Both the position numbers and the translations under genes were made by a program. Below the pieces are notes generated by a model. That model was given only the letters and a program-made list of their open reading frames with translations, made no database searches and was not told the DNA's origin. A stretch of DNA of 64,000 nucleotides from Bilabrum cf. latius (Eukaryota). Positions 35,801-49,635 of the stretch are shown one piece after another; within the stretch, counting starts at the first letter, position 1, and every line of letters starts with the position of its first letter. Location: positions 248,001-312,000 of the forward strand of contig OZ237773.1 in the NCBI GenBank assembly GCA_965178125.1, in the 5' to 3' direction.

Positions 35801-38800
35801 GGCGCCAGCGGATGCGGAGGCGTCCACAACGTGTCATCATCTCCAGCTGCGGATGACACGAGAATCCAAGGCTACAGCCAATCCTCAGGCATTGCATACC
35901 CTTGGCGGATGATTCTTGACACTGCTTCATCAGAAATCTATGCCACGCTATTAGGGGCGTCTCCATCTGTGGTATCCCATGCCCTGACAGCCCATGCAAT
36001 TTCAGGCAAGTCTATGCGCAATTGCTACTTGGCTGGTCCATCCTGAGATCGGATGGTACCTGTCGTCAGCCAGTCACACCGAGCATCCACATGCGTCATT
36101 GTGCCAAAGTCCGCAGCAACTCCCAGAGAGTGCACCTGGGCGATGGACGGCAGCCCCTACCCGCCGCCGCATGACAAGCCATGAAGCGCCGATCCGACTT
36201 CCTATCCTGCCCCAATCACCTCTGACATCCACGCAGTCTCATTCAGCGTGCGCGTGTACGTCTGTGTCCAGCCCACAAGCTGACCGGCTGCTGGCACGTT
36301 CGGGGCATCCGACTCCACCGTGGACAGGCGGACCAGACTGCACCTCATGCGGCCATCGGCGGCGCACCAGTCCTGCCCCCCTTGCAGCGAGACCCACGAT
36401 CCCATGGATCCCAGCTGCCGGTGCCGTAGCAGCAGACGGGCAGCGACATCCTCCGCCTATGCCACGTCTGCCGATGCGTCCGGCCGGCAGCTCACCGCAG
36501 ATGCCACCTGTCCATGGACCGATGCATCCATGGATAGTCCGGGCCACCGGTCCGTCACGTTGCAAGGCAGCACCAGGGTCACCACCACCTCGGGGACCGG
36601 CTGGGCTGCCTGCAGCTCGGGGTTGTCCAGCACGAGGTCAGGGGCCTGTCCGCTGAGGATGAAGCTCCTGTCCACGCTCGGCATAGCCACCGCCTGCACC
36701 ACCTCGCTTGTGCCCTGCCCGGCGCCATGCCCGCTCGATGTGGTCAGCAGCTCGTGCGCCACATCCACCCATGCATCCCATCGGCCCACCCGCGGCCTGT
36801 CTGCCACCCGCCATCGCACCACAGTGGGAGGCACCACGGCCAGCAGATCCGTCTCCGTGGCATCCTCCAGCACCTGCGAGAAGCCGTCGCCCGTGATCCA
36901 CCGGACCTCGAAACGCAGATACGCGGCGCCGCCTCGATGCAGGGCGTCCGATGCATCATCCCGTCTGCCCATGGCCAGTCCTACGCCGCGGAAGGACGTG
37001 CACCACGTGCCGGACAGACCGCACTCACGCAAGTCTCTGCTCTTCGTAGCATTCACCAGCACCATGCCGTCTGCCGGGACAGGCAGGCGATCATCAGCGG
37101 ATGCGCGATCGGCCACAAGCCGAGGATACTGCAGGCCTGCGGGCCATCGGGACACCGCGGTAGACCGGGACACCGCCGCCAGTCTCACGTATGACAGCAC
37201 CTTGCTGGCCTGTCGAGCGTCCAGTCGGGATGCATTGGGACTCCAGGCTGACTGATTGCCGTCCTGTGTGCCCACCTGTAACAATCCCGCGAATGGCGAT
37301 CGACTGTGCATGCTCACGGCAGGTGCCGGCACCATCTCCAGGACTTGCTTCCCTGGCAGCAGATGACCCACGACATCCTGCCCCACCGGCGGCGGGTCAT
37401 CGCCCGTGGTGTCTGACCACGGGGCCAGCACCACCACGGGCTCCTGGCTGTCGGTAGATGCAGGAGCAGTGATGGTGTGTTGGGTCTGCATAGACAGACC
37501 CTCTAGCGCCTGCTCCCGCATGGCCTCGCGATCCAGCTGCACATGGATGGGCAGCACGTCTGCACGCAACAGCGGCCGTGATCCTGCCGGTGCCCGCATC
37601 ACGTCGTACCTGCCTCCCCACGTACACCTGGCACCCAGCACCACGGACGCCGACGAGCCTATGCCTGCAATCCCCACGAACGGGAACTTGATCCGAGCCA
37701 GAGCACGCCTTGCAGGAAGAACAGCCACCGTGCTGCCCACAGTCCGCAGCTCCTCTCGAGCGGCAGCCAGGCCTGCAGGTCCAGGTCCTAGACGGGCCTC
37801 ATCCCACGCCCCGGCGGCATCCTCGGCATCCAGTGCCACGTGGGATAATGAACCGCCCAGGATACTGCCATTCATTGTGCCGTGGCCTGGATCAACCCAG
37901 TCAGCTTGACCACGCCACGTCACATTGCCCACCAGTCTTGGCGACTGCAAGCTTCCCGACGCTGCGGCATCGGCGGCGTTACCTGTCTTCCAGGGAGCCC
38001 ATGCCTCGACCTGCAGCGTGCATGATATGTCCATGGAGCTCCTGGACAGGCGCGATGCGGGGATCCCAGGCACCTCCAGCACCACCTCCGGCGGCGGCTG
38101 CAGAGGCTGCACTCCGTCCTCGGATGATGACGTGCTGGGCAGGGCAGAGGGCCAGGATGGCAGTGATGCCGCATCGCTGGGCATGGGATCCAGGAAGGGC
38201 AGACCTGTCACAGGGACGTCCTGTCCGCTCCTCCCTGCCGATGCCTAGCTGATGAGCGGCGCCAGCGGATGCGGAGGCGTCCACAACGTGGCATCATCTC
38301 CAGCTGCGGATGACACGAGAATCCAAGGCTACAGCCAATCCTCAGGCATTGCATATCCTTCCCGGATGATTCTTGACACTGCTTCATCAGAAATCTATGC
38401 CACGCTATTAGGGGCTTCTCCATCGGTGGTATCCCATGCCCTGACAGCCCAAGCAACCACAGTAGAATCAACACGGAGCAACGGCCGTGATCCTGCCGGT
38501 GCCCGCATCACGTCGTACCTGCCTCCCCACGTGCACGAAGCACCCAGCACTACGGAGTTACCTGCAGCAGAACCCAAGATACCCACGAACGGAAAGCGCA
38601 TCCTAGCCAAAGCACGCGCGGCAGGCAATTGAGCAGTTGCATTCGCAGCTCCCTGCGTTTGCCGACGGGCCACTCGCAGTCCGTCACTCCCCGGGCCTAA
38701 AGCATCCTTGGACCACGCTCCCTGCGATACCTCCTCCTCTATGCGTAAAATCTATTCCCTTGGCGTGATGATGCTACCGTTGATGCTTGCATCATTTTGA

Positions 38801-41800
38801 GATGGATTCGACCACTCCAACGTGCCGCTCCAAGTTGAGTTGCCCACCAATCGAGGGGCCTGCGTTGTATCATCAGCATCCGCATCGACGCTTATCACCC
38901 AAGGAGCCCACGCCTCAACCTGCAGCGTGCATGACACAGTTGGTGAGTATGTGCGCAAGTGGTGGGCGGATATACCGTGCACCTCCAGCACCACCTCCGG
39001 CGGCGGCTGCAGTGGCTGCACTCCGTCCTCGGATGATGACGTGCTGGGCAGGGCGCAGGGCCAGGACGGCACCGATACCGAGCCATCTAGTACTATCTAT
39101 GTGAATGGCAGCACGGCGGAGCTCGTTGGCCCCGTGTATTCCCGCTTGATGATTGGAGCCAGCGGGTGGGGCGGGTACCACACAGCCTCATCACCTGTGT
39201 GCACTGCGCTGGCAAGTCGCCAAGGCATAAGCCATCTCGTTGGGCTATCATACCCTTCGGCAATCAGCCTCTGCTTGACTATTTCGCCCAGCTCCACTTC
39301 TGATGAGTGTCCAATCATCGAGCTGTAACTGATAGACGCGCTGTCCCAGGCCATTATCGCCCAAGCCACCACAGGTGTCCTCACTCGCAGTCGCTGCACC
39401 TCTGCGAACTGCTCCGATGGACTAGGCCACTGGCATTGGGCACTCACATCTGCCTCCTAGCCAAGGGGAAGCGTGGCCCCCAGCAGCACTCGAGATGCTC
39501 CATAGGCGACTTGCGGCTCGATTCCGGGAAATATAATGGTTCCATCAGCACCTGATCTAGCGCACGTAGCACCTTTAAGCTATGCATTGGCTGCTGCCGT
39601 AGACGACGCAGTGAGGAGCCCACTCGCCAGCAGCCCGCTGTTTGGTTGCTGGTTTGTTAGTCGCACTGTGCACGGGATGTCGGCCTTCTCAACCGCTAGA
39701 TCAAATTCCCCTGCTGGGCCAGAGGCATCAGAAAGAAGCGCCACGTGCAACGAGGGTGCTGCATGCGATGCGTTGCCTGCCCTTGACAGAGGCACATCCC
39801 CGCAGCTGCTTCCTACTGTAGTCTCGACTACATCAAGCTATGAACTGCCACTTACAGTTGCAGGTAAGATCATGCCTGAAGGGCTTGTAGTCCCACTGTC
39901 ATTGCCGGTGTTTAGACCCAAACTGGCCTTCACAGTTGCCACTCGAGCTAGCACCACAACTGGCTCTGAAGAAACTCCTAACGCGCTGCTCGAGCATCCC
40001 ATCGCTAGCCGCACCAATTGACCCATGCCAGATAGCAGCCCAAAGGGACGGACGTCGACCAGCCCCGTTGTCAGTCCCGGGGCATAGTTTCGGCTGGAGT
40101 CAACAGGTAGGATTGCAGCCTAGCCGTTCGTCGACAAACCCTGTGTCGCTGCAACAGAGCATGAGACGCCATATCTCTGGCTCTCGGGACCTCCCAGGGG
40201 AATGGAGAAGGCATCCAATAGTGCTGCAACCAGAATAGGGTCCTGCGCTTCCAGGCCAGGAAGGAACGGTGTGGCAGCCTATAGCACGCCAGCCTCAGTG
40301 TCGGCCGTCTATAATACGAATTGCGTCTCCAATCGCCGCATGCCTGAGGCAAAGGGCCGCAGCTACCGCCAGGCGCTGTCGGGCATCTGCATGGCTGATA
40401 CGTTGACGGTGATCGATGCACTTGGCTGAGATATAGCTAGGTGTCTCAGCCATGGTAGCAGTCCTGGCGAATCCACGGCCTCCATGCCGAAATCCTCCGG
40501 TCCAAATACTGTGTCAAGCACACAGCCATCACATGCTGTCAGGGCTGCACGCCCACCGGCACATGAACGCGACTGCCACAACAAGTCTGCGTCCGATAGC
40601 CCAACTTCCTGTAGACCAACGCACGGTGTACTAGTGGATGTGTTGCTATCGTCGACAGCAGCAGCAGGATCGGGATAATATAAGACAGATGCAGTCTCTG
40701 ATTGTAGCCCAAGTCCAAAAAGCCGTCCCAATCGAGACTGTGATGGCGACCGGACGTCCATTGACACGGCAGCACCTGCCCTGCACCTACTGTCTTCAAT
40801 CAGCAAATCCTCAACCACAGTAGGAGCGTAAGATGCGTCGGATGAACGCATTCGGGATATAGATAACGCCCCGCCTTGTCCGGCTAGAACCATACCCCCT
40901 GAGGAGTTCAACTGCTCAGCCACGAGACAGTTGCCCATGGCCAGTCCTCGCACTTCCAACCGAGCCATGCTATCTGCCATCACGCACCCGCCCCGACCCC
41001 ATGGGAACCTAAATACCCTTCCGTGCGAAAAAGAACAGGTGCCCCTAGGTCTGCACTGGGACGTGTTCAAGCTTAGTGCTGAGGATGCCGCTAGCAGTCC
41101 ACCACCAGGCAGGATCTACTGAAGGTCCAGCGGTGCTAACGGCTGGGTTGGAGCTGTTGCAGGGGAAGTGTCTGCTTCAGTAATAACGAAATTGCCAGCA
41201 AGCATTGCGTCGGGACTGTATCCGCCCCCCAGCACTATGCCATCGTGGAAAGCAGCCGGCCCGGCTATGACTGCTTCGGCCTGCTCCCCAATGTGCATCC
41301 ATGCCCCGCCCATGCTGCTGGTCCTACACCCGCTAAGCCTCGCATTCGGCCCAAGCTGCATGCTTGAGCGCACAGACGCGAGACACCCGCCACCAAACTA
41401 CCCATCTCCGGGCGCCTGCTGCAAGACCCCGCCATGAGCCCTAAATGCCCCGCAACCGTGAATGGTCCCTCCATCCCGAACCACTGACAATCCGCTATCG
41501 TCATCTGCCAGAGCCACGCACCCACCGTACCCATCCCATGCTAGCCCAGAACTAATCTTTGCCCCCGCAATTGTTAAACTAGACCTTGACGATAGCACCA
41601 GTCCGCCTGCGCCACCAGATGTCCCCCTCTCTAGCAAGACCCCGTCCAGCAGCATCACGCTGGCACCTCGTGAGAACAATCCCCCCCCTCCTGAAAACGA
41701 TGCAGACCGCGTGCCCGGCCTTACTGCCACAACGGATCGTTGGATACTTGACCCAGCCCGGATAATCACGGCGACCAGTGGCTTGGTGGGATCGATGTCG

Positions 41801-44800
41801 GCCTCTGGAGTTGCGGTGGTCTTGTAGTTGCTGGATGCGAGGTTCGTCCACTCCTCAACGCTCGGGTGCTGAGAGTTAGAACCCCTGGATGTGCCCTATA
41901 CAAGCGATGACACCTGAAGCGCCAGGGTACAGGATAGTCTGGAAAGAGCAGTCTACAGCCGTACTGCAAACTGCATCCCTAAATCCGGATCCATAGTGCT
42001 GTTGGTGCCATTGAGACGGGTCGAGACGTTGGCAGTTAAACGGGTTTCATATCCTGTGCTTCTCTCGTTCTGTACCCTACAATAGTTGTCAGTGGCTGGA
42101 TCCCAGCACACTGCCGCTGCTTGCATCGCTGTTTGTGCCAGGATCTCTGCCGGTAGCGCTGTGGTCCCCTCTTGATCTAGTTGCGTCCACCAGGACCCGT
42201 TGAGGAACTGCAGGCACGCATCGGTACCAGGGATGAATGCCTATTCGGTGGTTGCCTTCGAGGTAGTACCATTCTAGGGCTGGCTTGTGTCTTCGTTTGC
42301 TTCTATCGGAAAAACGTCCTCGAACGAGATGTGGTGCTGCAGCTCCTCGCGCACGTAGGGCCCAGACCCACCCAACCCATCAGCTGACAGGTAGTTGCTG
42401 CTGCGACGAGGCTATCCAAAGGTTTGCGCTTTCTTGACCAGCTCTGCCATCTCTGAGAATTTGTCGTGGTCCACCCACTTGGACAGCATTCCTACCTGCA
42501 ACCATTTGTCAGCTGTGGTGCGCCCCGTCAGCTTGACGGCTGCGATGGCACCTCCTCTGGCAGGCACCACAGGAGTGCTGCCATAGTCTACCTCTACAAG
42601 ACCCACACCGGCATTTTTTATGCTTGACAGTTGGTGATAATTGGCTCCTGCTCCGTTCAGGTGGCTCGCATCCATGCTCACAAAGGCATTTGAGGCAGCT
42701 GCGAGAAGCAGCGCCCCTCCCATCCTGGCGCCGAGCACCTAAGCGGCAGGAGCAGACCCCTGCAAACTGCCGGGCAGCAGCACTGCTTGTGGTTGGAAGC
42801 CACAATTGGGTAGCCCGTGTGCCCACGGTGAGTCGCTCCCATTGAATGCATCCATCAGCGGAGGCACACCGCTGGTTGCTACCTGATCCCAAGGCAGGCA
42901 AGGGTAGGTCTCGCCCGACTGCAAGGGCTCCGGGCACACTACATGGCTCCGGTCCTAGGGCGTTGCAGCATCCGTGCAGGCCAGTCTGCCTACGAACGCA
43001 TGCATGATTTTAGAGCCTTCCACTTGGATGCTGGATTGGGGCACAGGTCGCTGGAGAGAGTCGATGGTGGGACCCGGACCCATGCCCCAGCCGTTCGATA
43101 TCACCACGCCTCTACTGCTGCTGTTGAGAGGACTCTAACTGGACTGCATCAGCCCGGTGATTGCATCCACCACACGCAGTGCTAGCCCACCTTGCGCTCC
43201 CAGGGCCCCAGCAACATCGTCAATTCCCACCGTTGCGTTGCTTAGAGTTCCGCTCCCCAGTGGCCCAACGGCCAGGTGTTGGCTTGCAATTGCTGGTGGC
43301 ATGCTCTCTGCCTGCAAACGTGCTGGAAATTGTAAAACTCCTACAGCCCCACCAGATGCCCCGGCGTACGTCCCGTCCACAACGGACCGCTGCAGCTATA
43401 CCGAAGCCACTGTCCCGTCCAGGCCCACAACCCCCACGGACCCACCGATGGTGCCAGCAGCGCAACGGCTCAGCGTGCTGTCCTGGATCTGCACGGATAG
43501 AGTGGGTCGGATAGAGACTGAGCTGGCAAGCGTCCATGGAAAGTTCGACGATCGAGCAGCGGCAATGCAGCCCCCCGCTCCGCCCGGTGCCACGCAACCC
43601 TCCACCTGTGAGCTGCGGAGCCTCACGGCAATGCTTTGGGTTGACGCGGCGGAGGACTGCACAGAAGCCAGGCCCCCAGAGCCCAGCAGACTGACCGTGC
43701 CCCATACTTGACTGGAGCTTACAGTGATCCGCACGCTAGAAGTGGCATGGGCCGGGTCAGCGTGCCCCAGATAGGATGATTGGGCGATTGTGCCTCCGTC
43801 CCACATGGCAGGCAGGGGATTGTAGACCTGCATGTTGGACACGCTAGCATCCAGACTACGCGCTGCCATTCTCATGGACATAATGCCACCAGATGCATGC
43901 ATCCGGGTTGCTCTGGTCCTGGCCAACTAGACCAGCAGAATGGCTGTCTCATTCAGCTGCTGGTGCTGGTCCAAAGGTAGCGAGGGGGCTGCAGCAGTTA
44001 CACAGGCAGACAGGACCGGCAATTGATGCTACCGTCCATAGGCAAGCGGGTTGACCGGATCGCTTAGGTCTGTTGCAGTATCGCTCAATCTGGATACGGC
44101 GGCTTGCGCTCCTTTGGTTGCCATGACGGCTGCTCTCTCGCACTCGCGGATCTCCTTTAGCTGCTAAACATCAAGGGGCTGGAGCGATGCGCCCGTGCTC
44201 CCCATGGCATCCCATATGATTGATCGGCTGGTATCACATGGCAGCAGCGAACTACTGGCGATACACGGTGCGCGATCTGAACCTAGTGCGCCTTGAACTT
44301 CGACAGTGGAATCGCCTTGAGCAATAGACCTGTAGACCACTACTGCTTGTTGCTCCAGTGCCTAAAGAGTGCCTGGCAGATCCACGCTTTCCCTTGCACG
44401 AATCATGGCCACGCTGCTGATTGAGACTCGGGACGGGACCTAAACGGAAGAATCGCGGATGGGCTACAGCGGAAGCCGAGTGCTCAACCCACTCAGCACG
44501 CGGCCAGCTCTGGCAAGAGTCGGCCACCATGCAGCAGATGCATCCGCAGAGAACACACTACCATCATGCAATGAATCTCTTCCCGCAGATCGCGCCCAGG
44601 CAGCGTCATCATGGAACGCCAGCAGGCGTGGGGGTAGAAGGCCCCGACCAAACGTTATGTTGCCGGTACCCGAGGCTAAGAATAGAGACTCACCTACGTC
44701 TGCCACTCGCCATTCAGCTTCAATTCCTCCAACTTCGGGAATGTCGACGTCCGTAACATCTATAATGGATACGCTGTCCACGTCGTGCACTCGCAGAAGG

Positions 44801-47800
44801 CTTCCTTGCTCATCGCCACATGGACCAGACAGCACTTCCACGCCCGATGCGTTGCCGCCTGCAGCTGCAACTGCTGTGCGCATGCCACTTCGTACCCTGC
44901 ACCAAGCAGGTACCTGAGAATGAATGGATAGGATCTGCCTCAAGCTTGTTGTCACTGCCCCTGAAACGGACACAGCGGCACCCACCGACTCGGTCTGCAC
45001 CCCTGCACCACTCATCTCTCGCTGTAGTCCACTGGAATCCATCAGTACCACCCTGGCTACATCCACGCTCGCTTCCTCTGCTTCATAGAATCCAACCGGA
45101 TTGTACACGCCGATTAGGGATCCAGAAATCTGCGGAGTCCTGCCACGCATCGGTACGAGCCCAGGCCCACCCCCAGTAGTTGTGTTGTAGCTACGCAGGT
45201 GGTCCAGGGCCAGAGGGTTGGGGCCTGGCGGGGTTTCTAGCAGCAGGTCCTGCGCCAAATCGTGGCACGTACCATACATTGCGCTACAACCGACAAGAAT
45301 CGCCTCGCGCATGGCCTATCCAACGGCCGCATCCCCCCTTTGGCCCAGAGCAGGCAGACCTGTCCGTGCACCCACAGCCACCACATCCGTTACCTCCACA
45401 CGTGAGACGCGCCGCAGCGCCAGCACCTGCATCGGCTGGGCCATCCAGGAGGCGTCAAGCACCAACGATGACTCCAGTCGCACCCGCGATGCTCCATCCA
45501 CCACAGCCACGGCAGGAGCTGCCCGCGTGGTCAGTGCTTGTAGGAGTGCCTTTCGGGCTTTTTGATGGCCTAGAGATGCCGTGCTAATACCCAGGCGACG
45601 AACTGGCAGGGAGGCCCTGAGTGGTTCGTGTATCTTTCGGACCTCGAATGGAAGCTGACCGGACGATGCTGCCAACAGTGCGTCTCTTTCCATGGCCACG
45701 CAGGTGGGCAGCACTCTCACGTCCTGCATGACAACGTCGAGCGAGGCCTCCTAATCAGTGGTACGGTCCTCTGTGGCCGGGCATGACCTACTACCGTCCG
45801 CGGCCACCTCGCAATTCCTGCCAGTGAGTAGTAGAGCGGCGCCTGTCGTGCCCTGGCTCTGCCTTATCATGTACTGTGACAGGTTGGCCGGGTTTAGGTC
45901 AAACCTAGCCGCGGTGCGGGCGGTGCAGCTGACAATCCGCAACTTGGAAGTGGCATTGGAGCTTGGGTCAATGACGAGTGGCGAAATGCCACGGCGAATA
46001 TCGGAGCTTCCATTCACTGGGTCCACCCGCACGAAATCAATGCCCACAACCCGCACATGGGTCGCGGCGGCCAGCTCTAGCCTGAGAGCGTCTGGTCCCT
46101 CCCACAGCATGGGAGTGTTGTCGAAGGCAAATTCCCACCTGGGATCTGTAGACGTATTGTACGAGGACTGAAAGCCGTACATATCCTCGAGACTGCTCGA
46201 TGAGGCCACAGGACCGCATACATCAACCGGATGCCCCGAAGCATTGACCGAAGCAGGAGGAGCAGACCTAGCCAGAGCGTCTTGGAGAGGGGAGGCACCC
46301 AGCATGCGAGTCACCCAATCCAATTTACGGATCGGCTATCTAGTCTCCGTTGCATACGATTGATGCATCTCATTCGATGTCCATGCGTCTAGGTACTCGT
46401 CAGTGCATCCAATGCAGCCCCCGGTAGTCGCGATCACGTATCGAACCATGCTCCTCCACGCCCCCACCCCCATCACGTCTACTTCCTTGATTGGGAGATG
46501 CAGGCTGCTCACGTTGGCAGTCTCTGCAGATGTGCCGTCATTCAGGATTGTGCGTATCTGCGATCCGTTAGTATGCGTTGAGAGAGCGATGCTGGAGGCA
46601 TTCGGCGGAAGGATTACGACCCGCAGCATTGCACCGTCCGATCTGCCCGTATTGTACCTGTCTCGGGCGAACACAGTTGCTGCTGCCTAGATGCTTGAGC
46701 ACACAGGCATGACATGCAGCAGAGCCGCCGCATCGTTGTACAGTGCTACTACTGTATCATGGAGACTGGCCGTAGTCACGTTCTGGCCCTGCTCGATGGC
46801 CTGTTGCTCAAAGTACTCCAGGGGGTCCCGGCTGCAAGGGTCCTGTCCATGTGGGTCCTTTGCCACCGCTGGGTCCACGAAGAAGGTACGTTGAATGTCG
46901 GTAGCAAATGATTCCCTCTAGAAATGGTCTGGTTGTTGAACCAACTTGGTGAAGTCGATGGAAGCCTGAGCATCAGTTGCACCCTCAATGCACCTGAACC
47001 GGTTGCTGGCTGTCCTGTCCACCATCACGCAAGTGGTCAACTTGCCCGCAGCCACTGCTACCGCGGCCGAAGAGCCAGAGTCCATGGAACCGACGTTCCC
47101 GTTCCAGCATGGGAATGCCTGCCTGATAGCCAGCAGATGGGCGAGGGTGGCTGCGTCGGGGGTTGAAGCTGCGAAGCATACGGGACATCCGGCTTCGGTG
47201 ACCGCGCATACGTGAGAGTCGCTGCAGTCCAAGAATCTGCTAGGGGTAGATGGAATTCCATCCGTACCGCCTGGCTGCAGAATTACTGGCACCTGAACCC
47301 TACTTTCCCCCGTTCCCGCGCATCTCACAGCCCCCACATCATCTATGGAGCACACCACGCCATCTGTCACGCACATACCAGACACAGAGGCGGTTGGCGG
47401 CACACTGGCCCGGTAGCCCATGGCAGCTGCATGCGTCGTTGCAGCTCCAGTATCCTTGGACCAGCAGTAGATGGCGGACCTGTTGGTGGCCGAAGCTGCG
47501 CAGCAGATGGTGGACCCGCAGTCGACTGCCATCCCTTGCATGGGTATTGAAGGGCTGGTTGGCTCAAAAGGTACGTTTTGGGTCATACCTAGAGCACCGG
47601 CGGATGTACCAAAGCAGGTGACGTTCTACGACCCTGCATCAAGGTTTATTGCTGGAAGATGTAGCTCTAGTGTGGCAGAAGCTGCCGCAACCACGCTAGC
47701 CTGGTCCACCACGACTGCACATGCAACTCTATCGGCAGCCACAGCGATAGGTCGCATGGGTCCACGGCCACCCGGCATGGCTACAGTAGGCGACAGGAGG

Positions 47801-49635
47801 GCTGGATGAATCTTGACGTCCCCAGTTGCGATGGGGCTGCACTCTAGATTGAAGCCGGCCTCTGCGTTCAGCACGTGGCACTGGCTGTCGCTGCCAGTGA
47901 CTAGGGCGAGGAGTCCGTGAGGGGTAAAGCTGGACGGAGGGGTGATGAAGCTATTTGCGGGAGCGAGAGCCTCGAGCCACGAGCTCCTGGGACGCACTGT
48001 CCTCTGTAGTGCCGCCAGCACCAGGCCACCGGATGCGGAGGCCCCGAACGCCAGCTCTGGTGCAATGCCCAGGTGCTAGATATTTGCAGTGGCGTCCGAT
48101 GCCACCACTTTGACAGGAAAGTGCACGCCAATACCTGTCTTTAGGATGGACCGCGAGTCCAAATTGCTGCCCCAGCACGCGATGGATGACCTAGTGGTGG
48201 TAGCACAGGTTGACGCTGACCCAGCTGATATCTGCGGGATGTTTTCAGGATCAGTTCAAAGAAAGAGAAGGGCCAAACGCCATCAAGTACAAATGAGCGA
48301 GTCCCAGTGAAATCCGATACGTATCCGGGTGTCCGTGTGGCTGTTGAGGTAAAGCGAACTAACCTGTGTAAAGTCGCTGTCTATTCGGCGAGGTGCCTGG
48401 TAGGCTGTATCGAGTCCCCAGCACTCGATTCTACCGTCACGTGATCTGGCGCAAGATGACTCGTGTCCCCTCGATATCTGGACGTAGTCAGTGCCTCCGG
48501 GGGCTGTGCACTAGCCCTTGTTGTTGTTCTGACCATGTGTGGCGCCACAACGCACGGTCCCACTTCGTGTCACCCCGCACACGCACGTATTCCCTCTGTA
48601 GACATCTCCCGAGTACAAAGCCACCCCAACGTAATCGCTACCGGTAGGGGGTTCTGGAAGACTAAACCCTGCACAACTGATGCTGCCACTAGCCCGAACA
48701 GCACAATATCTTCCGTATGAAACATCCACCTGCGACGCACAAGAATCTCATTGAGCGAAACGGAACTACTTTTAAGTGTGTATGTCACTTGCAAATTTAT
48801 GTGCCACAAGTCCATATGGTTGGCCTAAGAGCCTCTGCAGTGACTGGTGCAAGGAGCACTGAGCTGCTTCCAGTGGGAATGATTGGTTTTGCTTGGCATA
48901 ATTGCTACTCACATCTATGAAGGGGCCTGCGTCGTAAGCTGCGTTAGTCGTGCAGCGTATACCACCAGACACCTCTAGCCCACAACGAATGTGGGGACCC
49001 GGTTGTACCTGTGAGGTTGATCGATCAGAAAAAGAGGCTGCGTGCCAGCGTCCCGGTGTATGCAGATCCCTATATCGCATCCGGATCCACGGATGCGCAC
49101 GCTTTGCACTGCACACTCACCCTAGAGTACTTGGTCCCATCCAATGGGAGGCCTCTGCTTTTACACAGAGGATCTCCTTTTGTCGTGGTTACACAGTATT
49201 CGTTACCATCGGTCCCTACCTGATAGATCGACGACTTGTAGGTGTTAAACAACTAGGGATGGTCTGGGGCTAAGGTTCAAATTTTCTACCGACACACATT
49301 TACGATTCTTTAGAAAATTTACACCTGTCACGTGCCACAGTGCATTTGTGGGAGGTTTTGTGAGTCTCACCTGCACGTAGTCGCCTGTTATGTGCTTCCG
49401 CCCTCCAACTCCCCAGCACTACAGATCTCCAGAACGCTCGATCAAGCACGGCGATCCGGTTCCCGCGGACAACTGCATGAAGTTTAAGCAGTATCAAGCA
49501 TGCACCAGGCCTGAGAGATTAGGGTTCGAACAAGCGGACCAATTTCACGTACTTTCTCACCGTGGTATCGGCTATCACAGCGCTAATTCCTAGCTATATA
49601 ACAACAAACGCATACACGCGTGCTATCTTTACCAT
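29827..49635 (-). CDS. Giant (~6,400 aa) cell-surface protein: signal peptide, RCC1/BLIP-II-like repeats, GG-containing beta-helix-like repeats, internal 819-aa duplication, Cys-rich region, multi-pass TM C-terminus; dozens of in-frame TAG
   Basis: About 30 minus-strand ORFs from 29827 to 48021 share one frame, and the gaps I read contain only TAG, no TAA or TGA. Terminal exon 48231-29827 (6,135 codons) ends TGA. Upstream phase-0 exons: 48729-48364, 49008-48913, 49252-49121, 49472-49371; probable ATG at 49635, first donor uncertain. Motifs ISAGSASTCA..IACWGSN, CAEGHTGPLCAVC, FDC..YLKRDLRVEC, YGFLYKGY..WWEAIGMVRK. Confidence 0.85.
33564..38455. repeat. In-frame internal tandem duplication, period 2,457 bp (819 codons); a more diverged partial copy lies at ~38480-39450
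   Basis: ORFs 34000..35754 and 36457..38211 are near-identical with scattered substitutions. The third copy shares LPSTSSSEDGVQPLQPPPEVVLEV, CTLQVEAWAPW and PPHPLAP. Confidence 0.93.
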
